Source: Candidatus Omnitrophota bacterium (GTDB taxonomy: Bacteria > Omnitrophota > Gorgyraeia > Zapsychrales > Aceulaceae). Taken from it: DNA of 64,000 nucleotides. The position numbers were made by a program, and so were the translations under genes. The notes beneath the pieces are model-generated. The model ran no database searches, had not been told where the DNA came from, and saw only the letters and a program-made list of their open reading frames with translations. Below are positions 19,178 to 28,425 of the stretch, piece after piece. Position 1 is the stretch's first letter; each line of letters starts with the position of its first letter. Where the stretch lies: positions 5,287 through 69,286 of the forward strand of contig JAQUUP010000008.1 in NCBI GenBank assembly GCA_028693815.1. Direction: 5' to 3'.

Positions 19178-20596
19178 GTGATTCGAAAATTATTGATTTT
19201 CCTTATCATGATTGGATTGCTCACTAGTGTAGGGTATTCGCAGGATCAGCAATCTCAGCCTGTGGCAGAGGAAACAGCGTTGGATGTTTTTGGCGATACA
19301 TGTGAAGGATGTGTCACATTGGATTTTCGTGATGCAGATATTCGTAATGTTTTGCAAATTCTCTCTTATCGAAGTGGGGTTAATATTGTTGCTGGGCCAG
19401 AAGTGACAGGGCTCGTAACGATTCAGTTGACAAATGTTCCATGGAAAAATGCTTTAGATGTTATTTTAAGAACATATGGTTATGGCTACGAAGAGACAGG
19501 AAGCATTATTATTGTTACAACGATTGAGAATCTTAAAAAGCTTAGAGAAGATGCGCTTGTTTTAGCTGATCAAGAATCGATTATTACTAAGACATTTATT
19601 TTAAATTATGCGAATGCTTCTGATGTTATTGTGTCGATTGAGAAGATGATAACACAAAGAGGATCAATCAATTTTGATCAAAGAACAAACACACTTATTG
19701 TAACAGATTCTGTGAGCAATGTTTCTTTGATATCGGATGTTATTGGCCGTCTTGACGCAACGACTCCTCAGGTTTTGATCGAAGCAAAAATTATCGAAAC
19801 AACGCTTTCAAATTCAGAAAATTTAGGCATTGATTGGACAATTCAAACAGCAGCTTCGGGTGCAAAAAGGCCAACAACATGGCCGTTTACAGCAAGCAGC
19901 AACAATAAGTATGTAAAGGATGCAAAGGTTGATGAAAAGGGGAATCCGATTAATAACCTGGATTTTCCATCTCCCGGTGCAGACCTATTTAGTTTTGGAA
20001 CATTAAATTTTAATCAGGTGCAAGCTGTTTTAGAGATCTTAAGTACACGATCCAATACACATATTCTTTCGAATCCTCGTATTGTGACTTTGAATAATCA
20101 AACAGCGAATATTGTTGTTGGCAGTCAGTATCCATTTCCTGAATATGAGTATAATAAGGATCAAGCTACAATGCAGGTTGTGGATTGGGAATATAAGGAC
20201 ATTGGAGTTATTTTTAAAGTTACTCCGCATGTCAATAATTCAGGATTTGTGACTTTGGATGTAGAACCAAAGGTTACGGCGATTTTAGATTTTGTTCAAG
20301 TCGAGAATACAAGTGTACCACGATTAAGCAGTGAATCAGCCTCTACGCGGGTCATGATTGCAGATGGGCAGACGTTAGTTATCGCAGGCCTTATCAAAAA
20401 TCAGTGGACCGATGTTAAGAAAAAGGTGCCCTTCTTAGGGGACATCCCTCTTCTTGGACTCCTGTTTCAAAAAAAGGAAAAGACACTATCAAAAACAGAG
20501 CTACTTATTTTCATAACACCGCATATTATTACGGATAATATTCCTGATGATAGCGCTGATCTGAAACAACGTCTCGAAATATTCGAAGGTAAATAA
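19178..20596 (+). CDS. pilQ: Type IV pilus secretin PilQ (compact N0-N1-secretin form)
   Basis: GTG start and a signal peptide. N0 domain VTLDFRDADIRNVLQILSYRSGVNIV...VPWKNALDVIL. The secretin domain has the C-terminal VPFLGDIPLLGLLFQ. Confidence 0.9.
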   Translation: MIRKLLIFLIMIGLLTSVGYSQDQQSQPVAEETALDVFGDTCEGCVTLDFRDADIRNVLQILSYRSGVNIVAGPEVTGLVTIQLTNVPWKNALDVILRTYGYGYEETGSIIIVTTIENLKKLREDALVLADQESIITKTFILNYANASDVIVSIEKMITQRGSINFDQRTNTLIVTDSVSNVSLISDVIGRLDATTPQVLIEAKIIETTLSNSENLGIDWTIQTAASGAKRPTTWPFTASSNNKYVKDAKVDEKGNPINNLDFPSPGADLFSFGTLNFNQVQAVLEILSTRSNTHILSNPRIVTLNNQTANIVVGSQYPFPEYEYNKDQATMQVVDWEYKDIGVIFKVTPHVNNSGFVTLDVEPKVTAILDFVQVENTSVPRLSSESASTRVMIADGQTLVIAGLIKNQWTDVKKKVPFLGDIPLLGLLFQKKEKTLSKTELLIFITPHIITDNIPDDSADLKQRLEIFEGK

Positions 20597-20601
20597 TAAA
20601 A

Positions 20602-21900
20602 ATGTCTAAAGAAATTTTAGTAAATATAAAAGCGAGCGAGAAGCGTGTCGCTATTATCGAAGACGGTATTTTGGATGATTTTTATATTCAGATGGATCGT
20701 CAGGATTTTCTTCTTGGAAATATTTATAAAGGTGTCGTAGAGTCGATTTTACCATCAATTAATGCTGCTTTTGTTAATATTGGACAAGAAAAGAATGGTT
20801 TTCTTTATTTGACAGATGCGATTAATCCTTTAGTTGAAGAGGAATTTACAGGTCCTCGAAAATTGATTGATCGGATGCTGAATGGTAAAAAGAAGAAAAT
20901 GAAGCAAAAAAAAGGAAAAGATTTTTCTTTGAAGAAAGGCGCCGAAGTTCTTGTTCAAGTTGTCAAAGAACCTTTTGGGAACAAAGGAGCGCGATTGACA
21001 ACGCATGTTAGTCTTCCGGGCCGTTTTGTTGTTTTTATGCCTTACGACAAGCATCTTGGAGTTTCAAAAAAGATTGAAACTTCAGAGGATCGCCAGCGCT
21101 TAAAAGAGATTTTAAAAGGATTAAATTTTGCTGAAGAAAGTGGATTTATTGTTCGTACTGTTGCTTCTCAAAAAGGGAAGCGCGAAATTATACGTGATGC
21201 TAAATTTTTACATAAAATTTGGACTCGCATCAAGAAGCTTTCTGATGAGCGTAAGGCCCCATCGCTTATTTATAAGGAATATGATCTTGTTTGGCGCATT
21301 GTTCGTGATTTCTTAAGGGAAGATGTTGATAGGCTTATTGTTGATTCTGAAGAAGAATATGGTCGCATAAAGAAATTTGTTCATATGTTGATTGGGAGAG
21401 AGATGGTAGGAAAAATTCAGCATTATAAAGGTGAGACGCCATTATTTGAAAGTAAAAATATGGCTAAACAGCTTAATCAAATTTATGATCGAAAGGTTTA
21501 TTTGAAGTCTGGGGCGCATATTGTTATTGAGCCAACAGAGGGACTTATCGTCGTGGATGTTAATAGTGGACGCTTTAAGGTCAACGCTTCTCCAGAGGAA
21601 GCTGCTTTTATGGTTAATGTTGAAGCGGCCGGGGAAATCGCGAGACAGTTGCGTTTAAGGGATTTAGGTGGTATCATTGTCATCGATTTTATTGATATGG
21701 GAAGGGATGCTCATCGCAGGCAAGTTTTGCAAACCCTTCAAAAAGCATTGGACAAAGATCATTCAAAGACAGAAATTACAAAAATATCGTCATTAGGTCT
21801 TTTAGAGATGACTCGTGCTAGAGCAGGAAAAACGATAGAATCTATGTCATTCGAAGCTTGTCCGTATTGTCAAGGGCACGGAAGAGTGAAAATCGAATAA
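20602..21900 (+). CDS. rng: Ribonuclease G/E-family endoribonuclease
   Basis: N-terminal S1 domain (GNIYKGVVESILPSINAAFVNIG), the RNase E/G catalytic core, and it ends at the Zn-link CPYCQGHGRV. Confidence 0.8.
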   Translation: MSKEILVNIKASEKRVAIIEDGILDDFYIQMDRQDFLLGNIYKGVVESILPSINAAFVNIGQEKNGFLYLTDAINPLVEEEFTGPRKLIDRMLNGKKKKMKQKKGKDFSLKKGAEVLVQVVKEPFGNKGARLTTHVSLPGRFVVFMPYDKHLGVSKKIETSEDRQRLKEILKGLNFAEESGFIVRTVASQKGKREIIRDAKFLHKIWTRIKKLSDERKAPSLIYKEYDLVWRIVRDFLREDVDRLIVDSEEEYGRIKKFVHMLIGREMVGKIQHYKGETPLFESKNMAKQLNQIYDRKVYLKSGAHIVIEPTEGLIVVDVNSGRFKVNASPEEAAFMVNVEAAGEIARQLRLRDLGGIIVIDFIDMGRDAHRRQVLQTLQKALDKDHSKTEITKISSLGLLEMTRARAGKTIESMSFEACPYCQGHGRVKIE

Positions 21901-21933
21901 AATTAATTTTAAAATTGTTTTAAGGAGGAAGAG

Positions 21934-22251
21934 ATGTACGCAATTGTTCAGGTTGGTTCGTTGCAATACAAGGTGTCAGAAGGCGATTTGATTGATGTTC
22001 AAACCATTGATCAAAAAGAAGGGAAAGCATTTTCATTAGAGCCGGTTTTGCTTTATTCAAAAGGGACAACCGTTAAGGTTGGTCAGCCGTATTTAAAGGA
22101 CGTAAAAGTTACAGCTAAGGTTCTTGGGCAGAAAAAAGATGAAAAAGTTATTGCTTTTAAATATTGGCGCAGAAAAAATAGCGAACTTAAAAAAGGTCAT
22201 CGACAAAAGCTAACAGCTCTTAGCATTGTTTCAATTGAAGCAGCAGAATAG
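21934..22251 (+). CDS. rplU: 50S ribosomal protein bL21
   Basis: MYAIVQVGSLQYKVSEGDLIDV, 105 aa. Confidence 0.9.
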   Translation: MYAIVQVGSLQYKVSEGDLIDVQTIDQKEGKAFSLEPVLLYSKGTTVKVGQPYLKDVKVTAKVLGQKKDEKVIAFKYWRRKNSELKKGHRQKLTALSIVSIEAAE

Positions 22252-22279
22252 CCTAGAGTTTTAAGGTAAAGGGATAGAT

Positions 22280-23263
22280 ATGGCAGCTTTTGTTGATGAA
22301 GCAAGAATATTCATAAGTTCTGGCAAGGGCGGCAATGGGTGTGAAAGTTTTTATTCAGATAAGCAGACTCGGCATCCGAGACCTGATGGAGGGGATGGCG
22401 GAAAAGGTGGCGATGTTATCTTTGAGGCTAGCAAGTCTGTTCAAACACTCCTAGATTATAAATTTAGACAACATCACAAAGCAAAGAAGGGCGGTCACGC
22501 TAGTAGTAATGGAAAGACCGGCAGAACTGGCGAAGATTGTATTTTGAGAGTTCCTGTTGGCACAATAATCCGTGATGGCGATACTGGATTGCTTATTAAA
22601 GATTTGATTTGTGATGGCCAAAGTATCATTGTCGCTCGCGGTGGTCGCGGGGGTATTGGAAATAATCACAAGCGAACGTTTAAACATCCAGAAGAAGGCC
22701 AAAATAAGACAATTCTTCTTGAGCTTAAAATTATGGCGGATGTTGGTCTTATTGGGTTTCCAAATGCTGGAAAATCAACCTTGATTTCTGCTGTATCGAA
22801 AGTCCGCTCTAAGATTGCCAGTTACCCATTTACAACAAGACAACCAATTTTAGGATTTGTTTCTCAAGATGATTTTGAATTTGTTATAGCAGATCTGCCT
22901 GGCCTTATTGAAGGTGCTCATGATGGCAAAGGGTTAGGGGATAGGTTTCTAAAACACGCAGAGCGAACAAAGATTTTGGTCCATGTCTTGGATATGGCTG
23001 GAGTTGAACAGAGAGATCCCCTGGAGGATTATCGAAAGATTAATTATGAGCTTCAAGAGTACAGCCATAAATTATTGTTTAAGAAAAGAATTGTTGTTGC
23101 AAATAAGATGGATTTGCCAAAAAGCAGGACAAACCTAAGAAGATTTAAAAAAGAATTTTCAGAAAGAATATTTTCAGTTTCCGCAACCGAGAGGCAAGGA
23201 TTAGATAATCTAGTTAATGAGATAAGAAAAATGCTATGTCAAGAAAGTTCAAAAAGAAAATAA
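22280..23263 (+). CDS. obg: GTPase Obg (short form without a C-terminal TGS/OCT domain)
   Basis: Gly-rich Obg fold (GGDGGKGGDVIF) and the G1-G4 motifs GFPNAGKST, DLPG and NKMD. Confidence 0.9.
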   Translation: MAAFVDEARIFISSGKGGNGCESFYSDKQTRHPRPDGGDGGKGGDVIFEASKSVQTLLDYKFRQHHKAKKGGHASSNGKTGRTGEDCILRVPVGTIIRDGDTGLLIKDLICDGQSIIVARGGRGGIGNNHKRTFKHPEEGQNKTILLELKIMADVGLIGFPNAGKSTLISAVSKVRSKIASYPFTTRQPILGFVSQDDFEFVIADLPGLIEGAHDGKGLGDRFLKHAERTKILVHVLDMAGVEQRDPLEDYRKINYELQEYSHKLLFKKRIVVANKMDLPKSRTNLRRFKKEFSERIFSVSATERQGLDNLVNEIRKMLCQESSKRK

Positions 23264-24324
23264 AAAGAGTTGTTATTAAAATTGGGTCTGGTATTATTGC
23301 CAATTTTTATATGAAACCGCAATCTTCTGGATTGCGTTTTATTGTTAAAGAGATTGCTGCACTTCGCAAAAAGGGCATCGATGTTGTTTTAGTTAGTTCT
23401 GGATCAATTGTTCTTGGATTAGGTGAAATTTGTGCGCACGTTAGGCCTTCTGATGTTTCGTCTTTGCAGGCGCTTGCGGCTATTGGTCAAAATGTTTTAA
23501 TGCGTACATATACGGATTTATTTAAGAAGAATAAACTACGGTGTGCTCAAATATTGTTAACTTGGGATGATTTCGATGTTCGCCTTCGTTATAATAACGC
23601 ACGTAGCACGATTAATAAGATTTTAGATTATGGTCTTGTTCCGATTATTAATGAAAACGATACGATTTCAACAGATGAAATTAAATTTGGGGACAATGAT
23701 AAGCTTTCCGCTCTTGTTGCAAGTTTAATTGAATCTGATTTACTTTTGATTTTATCTGATGTCGATGGTTTGTATGATTTAAGAGATAAGGAAAAAAAGA
23801 TTTTTCGTGAAATTAAAGAAGTCACAAAAGAGATTGAAGCCTTAGCGCTTGGCACAGCTAAAAAGAATGTTTCCAAAGGCGGCATGCTTACAAAGATTGA
23901 GGCTGTTAAGATTGCAACGCAGGCTAAAATTCCGTGTGTGATCGCAAATGGTAACACGAAAAATGTTGTGCGTGATGTTCTTAGCGGAAAGTGTATTGGG
24001 ACATTTTTTGTTGAGAAAGAAGAAAAGCTTTTGGCGAAGCGTCATTGGATCTCGTTTGGCGTAAAACCAAAGGGAAAGATTATTGTTGATCAAGGCGCAA
24101 AAGAAGCTCTTTTGAAAGGCGGAAAAAGTCTTCTTCTTCCTGGTGTTGTTGGGTGGGAAGGTTATTTCAAGAAAGAAGATGTTGTTGCGATTGTTGATCA
24201 GGCAAATTCTGAGATTGCCCGTGGGATTATTAATTATTCTGTTAACGATTTGCATAAAATAAATAATAAAAAAGGTGAGATGGAAGTTGTTCACTGTAAT
24301 GAGATGGTGTTATGTCAAAGATAA
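23236..24324 (+). CDS. proB: Glutamate 5-kinase with a PUA domain
   Basis: Amino-acid-kinase N-terminus (VVIKIGSGII), a PUA-like C-terminus, and it is followed by proA. Confidence 0.85.
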   Translation: MSRKFKKKIKRVVIKIGSGIIANFYMKPQSSGLRFIVKEIAALRKKGIDVVLVSSGSIVLGLGEICAHVRPSDVSSLQALAAIGQNVLMRTYTDLFKKNKLRCAQILLTWDDFDVRLRYNNARSTINKILDYGLVPIINENDTISTDEIKFGDNDKLSALVASLIESDLLLILSDVDGLYDLRDKEKKIFREIKEVTKEIEALALGTAKKNVSKGGMLTKIEAVKIATQAKIPCVIANGNTKNVVRDVLSGKCIGTFFVEKEEKLLAKRHWISFGVKPKGKIIVDQGAKEALLKGGKSLLLPGVVGWEGYFKKEDVVAIVDQANSEIARGIINYSVNDLHKINNKKGEMEVVHCNEMVLCQR

Positions 24325-25592
24325 AAAGAGAAAATATGAGTTTAGAGAAGAAGATTGTATTGATGGCCAGATCAACGCAGGCCGCATCGAGAAGGATGGC
24401 GCTCGTTTCGACTAATGATAAAAATAAAGCATTGCGTGTAATAGCTGAAGCTATCTTGAGAAATCAAAAATTCTTGATTAAAGAAAATCAAAAAGATATT
24501 GATATAGCTATTAAAAATAATTATTCAAAAGCTTTGCTTGATCGTTTGATGCTAAACGAAAAACGGATTAAATCAATGGCGAGGTGTCTTTTAGATACGG
24601 CTAAACTCAAAGATCCTGTTGGTGAGATTATCGCAACTTTTATGCGTCCTAATGGTTTAAAAATTAATAAAGTTAGGACTCCTATTGGGGTTGTTGGCAT
24701 TATTTATGAATCGCGACCAAATGTCGCGAGCGATTGTATTGGTCTGTGCTTAAAATCAGGCAACGCTGTTATTTTGAAAGGCGGCAAGGAGGCTTTTTAT
24801 TCTAATAAAGCAATTTTTAGTGTTATTAAGAAGTCGTTGAAAAAGACAAAAGTTCCTTTGGATGTTGTTCAGATGATATCATCGACAGATCGAACGGCCG
24901 TTAATATTCTTTTGAAGTTGGATCGTTATGTCGATGTTATTGTGCCGAGGGGTGGAGAGGGGTTAATTAAATTTGTAATGCAAAATTCTTGCATTCCTGT
25001 TATCAAGCATTATAAAGGGGTTTGTCATACTTATGTGAGCAATCTTGCAGATTTAAAGATGGCGAGTAATGTTTGCTTCAATGCGAAGGTTCAACGTCCG
25101 GGTGTTTGTAATGCGATGGAGACAATGTTAGTGCATGAAGAGATTGCTAAAAAGTTTTTGCCAAGGATGATAAATGATTTTAATAAAGCGGGTGTTGAGG
25201 TTCGAGGATGTGCACGCACTCGAAAGATTGTGTCCGGCGTTAAAAGGGCAGCAGAGGTCGATTGGTCTGAAGAATATCTTGATTTGATCCTTTCAGTAAA
25301 AGTTGTTAAGAATCTTGCTGAAGCAGTAGACCATATTAATCTTTATGGGTCAAAGCATTCGGACGCTATTATTACGAATAATAAAAAAGAAGCGGATAGC
25401 TTTTTACGATCTATTGATTCGGCTTGTGTATATGTTAATGCATCAACGCGTTTTACAGATGGATATGAATTTGGATTTGGAGCAGAGATCGGCATTAGTA
25501 CTGATAAGCTTCATGCTCGAGGGCCAATGGCATTACCTGAATTGACAACGTATAAATATACGATTTTAGGTAAAGGTCAAATTCGTGAGTAA
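24312..25592 (+). CDS. proA: Gamma-glutamyl phosphate reductase
   Basis: Aldehyde-dehydrogenase-family protein of about 420 aa with the proB-proA arrangement and the catalytic Cys region (ASTRFTDG). Confidence 0.85.
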   Translation: MSKIKRENMSLEKKIVLMARSTQAASRRMALVSTNDKNKALRVIAEAILRNQKFLIKENQKDIDIAIKNNYSKALLDRLMLNEKRIKSMARCLLDTAKLKDPVGEIIATFMRPNGLKINKVRTPIGVVGIIYESRPNVASDCIGLCLKSGNAVILKGGKEAFYSNKAIFSVIKKSLKKTKVPLDVVQMISSTDRTAVNILLKLDRYVDVIVPRGGEGLIKFVMQNSCIPVIKHYKGVCHTYVSNLADLKMASNVCFNAKVQRPGVCNAMETMLVHEEIAKKFLPRMINDFNKAGVEVRGCARTRKIVSGVKRAAEVDWSEEYLDLILSVKVVKNLAEAVDHINLYGSKHSDAIITNNKKEADSFLRSIDSACVYVNASTRFTDGYEFGFGAEIGISTDKLHARGPMALPELTTYKYTILGKGQIRE

Positions 25593-25617
25593 TACTTTTG
25601 TTAAAGGATGAAAAGGC

Positions 25618-26199
25618 GTGCAAAGAATAGGGATATTAGGTGGGACATTTAATCCGATTCATATTGGTCATTTGGCGATTGCTCAGATGGCTTTAGAGCG
25701 GATGCATTTAAATAAGGTTATTTTTGTTCCGGCTTATATTCCTCCACATAAAAATCGAAAAATTGTTGCGGGTGCAAAACATCGTTTTGAGATGGTGCGT
25801 CTGGCGATTGAAGGTAATCCTTTTTTTGAGATTTCTGATTTTGAAATTAAGAAAAAAGGGAAATCGTATACGGTTGATACGATGTGTTATTTTAAAGAAA
25901 TGTATCCTCCAGAAGCAAAAATATTTTTTATTATCGGAGAAGATACCTTGTCTCAGCTTTCAAAATGGAAGTATATTAATAAAATCTTAGAAATTGCAGA
26001 TTTTATTGTTGTTAATCGACCAGGACATATGAAAAATAGTTCGGATGAAAAACATCATAGTGTCATAATGCCAGGAATTGATATTTCATCATCATATGTT
26101 CGTATGCGTATGTTTCAGAATAAAACAATAAAATATTTTGTGCCGGATAAAGTTTTAGATTATGTTTTTCAAAACAAGCTTTATGGAATTAGTAATTGA
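25618..26199 (+). CDS. nadD: Nicotinate-nucleotide adenylyltransferase
   Basis: GILGGTFNPIHIGHL (the (H/T)xGH nucleotidyltransferase motif) and a GTG start. Confidence 0.85.
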   Translation: MQRIGILGGTFNPIHIGHLAIAQMALERMHLNKVIFVPAYIPPHKNRKIVAGAKHRFEMVRLAIEGNPFFEISDFEIKKKGKSYTVDTMCYFKEMYPPEAKIFFIIGEDTLSQLSKWKYINKILEIADFIVVNRPGHMKNSSDEKHHSVIMPGIDISSSYVRMRMFQNKTIKYFVPDKVLDYVFQNKLYGISN

Positions 26200-26231
26200 T
26201 TAATAAATAATTAAGGTAAAGGAGTTATCTG

Positions 26232-27659
26232 ATGTGTGAAAATATAAAAAATGAAATTAAATTTGGAACAGATGGGTGGAGAGCAATTATTTCAAAAGAA
26301 TTTACATTTAAGAATGTTGAGATTCTATCTCAGGCGATCAGTGAATGGATCAACCGGGGATTAAAAAAGAAGCCCGGTATTCGAAAGAGAGTTGCCATAG
26401 GTTATGATACAAGATTTTTATCTGATCAGTATGCAAGAACAGTTGCGTGTGTTTTGGCAAAAAATAATATTGAGGTTTATCTTTCTGATGCACCTATCCC
26501 AACTCCAACGCTAAGCTTCGGTGTGACGAGAAAAAATTGTGTTGCTGGCCTCATGATTACGGCTAGTCATAATCCTGCTGCGTTTAATGGTGTTAAAATT
26601 AAGACAGCGCAAGGTGGTGCCGCATCTCGAGAGATAACTGATATTGTGGAAGAATATCTTTGCAAAACGGAAGTAAAAATAATAGATTTTGAAACGGCAA
26701 GAAATAAAAAAGATTTAATTGTTTATGACTTCAAAGAAGATTATATTAATTTTTTACGAAATTATATTGATTTAAAAACTATTAAGAAATCACGTTATAA
26801 AGTTTTAACGGATGCGATGCATGGGAGCGGAGATTCTTTGATTTTGGATGTTTTAAAAGGTACTAATATTCGCGCTGAGGTAATGCGTGGAGATATTAAT
26901 CCTTCGTTTGAAGGAGGAAAGCCAGAACCTGTTGAGGAGTATGTTTCGGAGCTTATGAGTCGTGTTAAAAAAGAAAAGTTTGATTTAGGGCTTATTTTAG
27001 ATGGTGACGCTGACCGTATTGCCGCTGTGACATCGGATGGCGAATATATCAGTCCTCAGAAGATATTGGGATTAATTATTCTGCATCTTGTTCGCAATAA
27101 AGGTCGATCTGGAGGCGTTGTTAAGACAATTTGTGGAACAACAATGCTCGATAATATTGCAAAAGGTCTAGGCTTAAAACTTTATGAAACTCCGGTTGGA
27201 TTTAAATATATCTCTGATTTGATGACTGCTGAAGATATTGTGGCCGGCGGCGAAGAAGCCGGCGGGATTGGCGTTCAGAATTATATTCCAGAAAGGGATG
27301 GAACGCTCGCAGGACTTCTTTTGCTTGAAATGATGGTGTATTGCAAGAAGAGTATTAAAAAGCTTATCCAAGACATGGAAAAAGAGTTTGGGCGATATTA
27401 TTATCAAAAAGCAGGACTTAAAACAGATAAGAAAACGTTTGATTTGAAGAAAGTAAAATCAATGAAAAAGATTCTTGGGAAGAAAGTCATTGATGTTAAG
27501 ACATTTGATGGTGTTAAGCTTGTGTGTGAGGATGAGAGCTGGATTATGTTCCGTCCTTCAGGTACGGAACCACTGGTCAGATCTTATGTGGAAGCCAAAT
27601 CTATGACTAAGGCAAAGGCATTGATTGAATATGGAAAAACGGTATTAAAAAAATTGTAA
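26232..27659 (+). CDS. Alpha-D-phosphohexomutase family (phosphoglucomutase/phosphomannomutase)
   Basis: Active-site loop TASHNPAAFNGVK, metal-binding LDGDADR and N-terminal FGTDGWR. Substrate specificity is not resolved. Confidence 0.8.
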   Translation: MCENIKNEIKFGTDGWRAIISKEFTFKNVEILSQAISEWINRGLKKKPGIRKRVAIGYDTRFLSDQYARTVACVLAKNNIEVYLSDAPIPTPTLSFGVTRKNCVAGLMITASHNPAAFNGVKIKTAQGGAASREITDIVEEYLCKTEVKIIDFETARNKKDLIVYDFKEDYINFLRNYIDLKTIKKSRYKVLTDAMHGSGDSLILDVLKGTNIRAEVMRGDINPSFEGGKPEPVEEYVSELMSRVKKEKFDLGLILDGDADRIAAVTSDGEYISPQKILGLIILHLVRNKGRSGGVVKTICGTTMLDNIAKGLGLKLYETPVGFKYISDLMTAEDIVAGGEEAGGIGVQNYIPERDGTLAGLLLLEMMVYCKKSIKKLIQDMEKEFGRYYYQKAGLKTDKKTFDLKKVKSMKKILGKKVIDVKTFDGVKLVCEDESWIMFRPSGTEPLVRSYVEAKSMTKAKALIEYGKTVLKKL

Positions 27660-27660
27660 A

Positions 27661-28260
27661 ATGATTTATTGGGTAGCTCATTTATTGTTTTGGATTCTCT
27701 TCAAAAGCCTTTTATTGTTAAAGGCTTTTGAAGCAAAAAAGATACCTCAAAAAGGTGGCTATATTATTGCGAGCAATCATTTAAGCAATTTAGATCCAAT
27801 GATTCTTGGTGTTGCCTCTGGACGAAAATTAAGTTATTTTGCCAAGTCATCCTTGTTTAAGGATAAATTTTCATCCTTTTTTTTGTCCCAGTTTGGTGCA
27901 TTCCCCGTTCGAAGGGGGTTGGCAGATCCTCGTTCTATTAAGGAAGCTTTGCGAAGGTTGAGAAAGGGTCAAGGGCTTGTTATGTTTCCTCAAGGAGGAC
28001 GACAAACAAGCACTATTAATCTTGAAAATATTAAGCCTGGGGTAGGAATGATTGCCGCAAAAGCAGGTGTTCCTATTATTCCAGCTTATATTTCTGGATC
28101 TGATAAGGCTATGGCGCCTAAGTCAAAATTAATTAAGCCTGCAAAAGTAACAGTTTATTTTGGTTCTCCTATTTACACAAAAGATAATGAATCATATCAA
28201 CAAATAGCAGATGTTGTTATGAGGGCTATTCAAAGCTTATCTTTTGAAGCAAAACGTTAA
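27661..28260 (+). CDS. plsC: 1-acyl-sn-glycerol-3-phosphate acyltransferase
   Basis: HX4D acyltransferase motif NHLSNLD and the PQGG-type motif FPQGGR. Confidence 0.8.
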   Translation: MIYWVAHLLFWILFKSLLLLKAFEAKKIPQKGGYIIASNHLSNLDPMILGVASGRKLSYFAKSSLFKDKFSSFFLSQFGAFPVRRGLADPRSIKEALRRLRKGQGLVMFPQGGRQTSTINLENIKPGVGMIAAKAGVPIIPAYISGSDKAMAPKSKLIKPAKVTVYFGSPIYTKDNESYQQIADVVMRAIQSLSFEAKR

Positions 28261-28308
28261 ATCTTTCCTTAAATTATTCTTCTGTGGATTAATGATAAAA
28301 GATTTTAG

Positions 28309-28337
28309 TTGACAAAAACGGACTTTTCCGTGATAAT
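28309..28337 (+). promoter_or_regulatory. Consensus sigma70 promoter for rpsA (TTGACA - 17 nt - GATAAT)
   Basis: TTGACA at 28309-28314, a 17-nt spacer, then GATAAT at 28332-28337. The 'start' of the track ORF at 28309 is the TTG of this -35 element. Confidence 0.6.
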
Positions 28338-28425
28338 CGTGGAACTTTTGCTTGGAGCGGTGAATCCTTTGCTGATTGATTTCCGTATTCATGCGAAAGA
28401 ATTCCTAAGAAAGAGGGTGTTGTTT

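Noticed and set aside
28309-28425. Track ORF start at 28309 that adds 39 residues to ribosomal protein S1.
   Set aside because: The 'start' TTG is the -35 hexamer of a consensus promoter. The conserved S1 N-terminus begins at the ATG at 28426, which has a good RBS.
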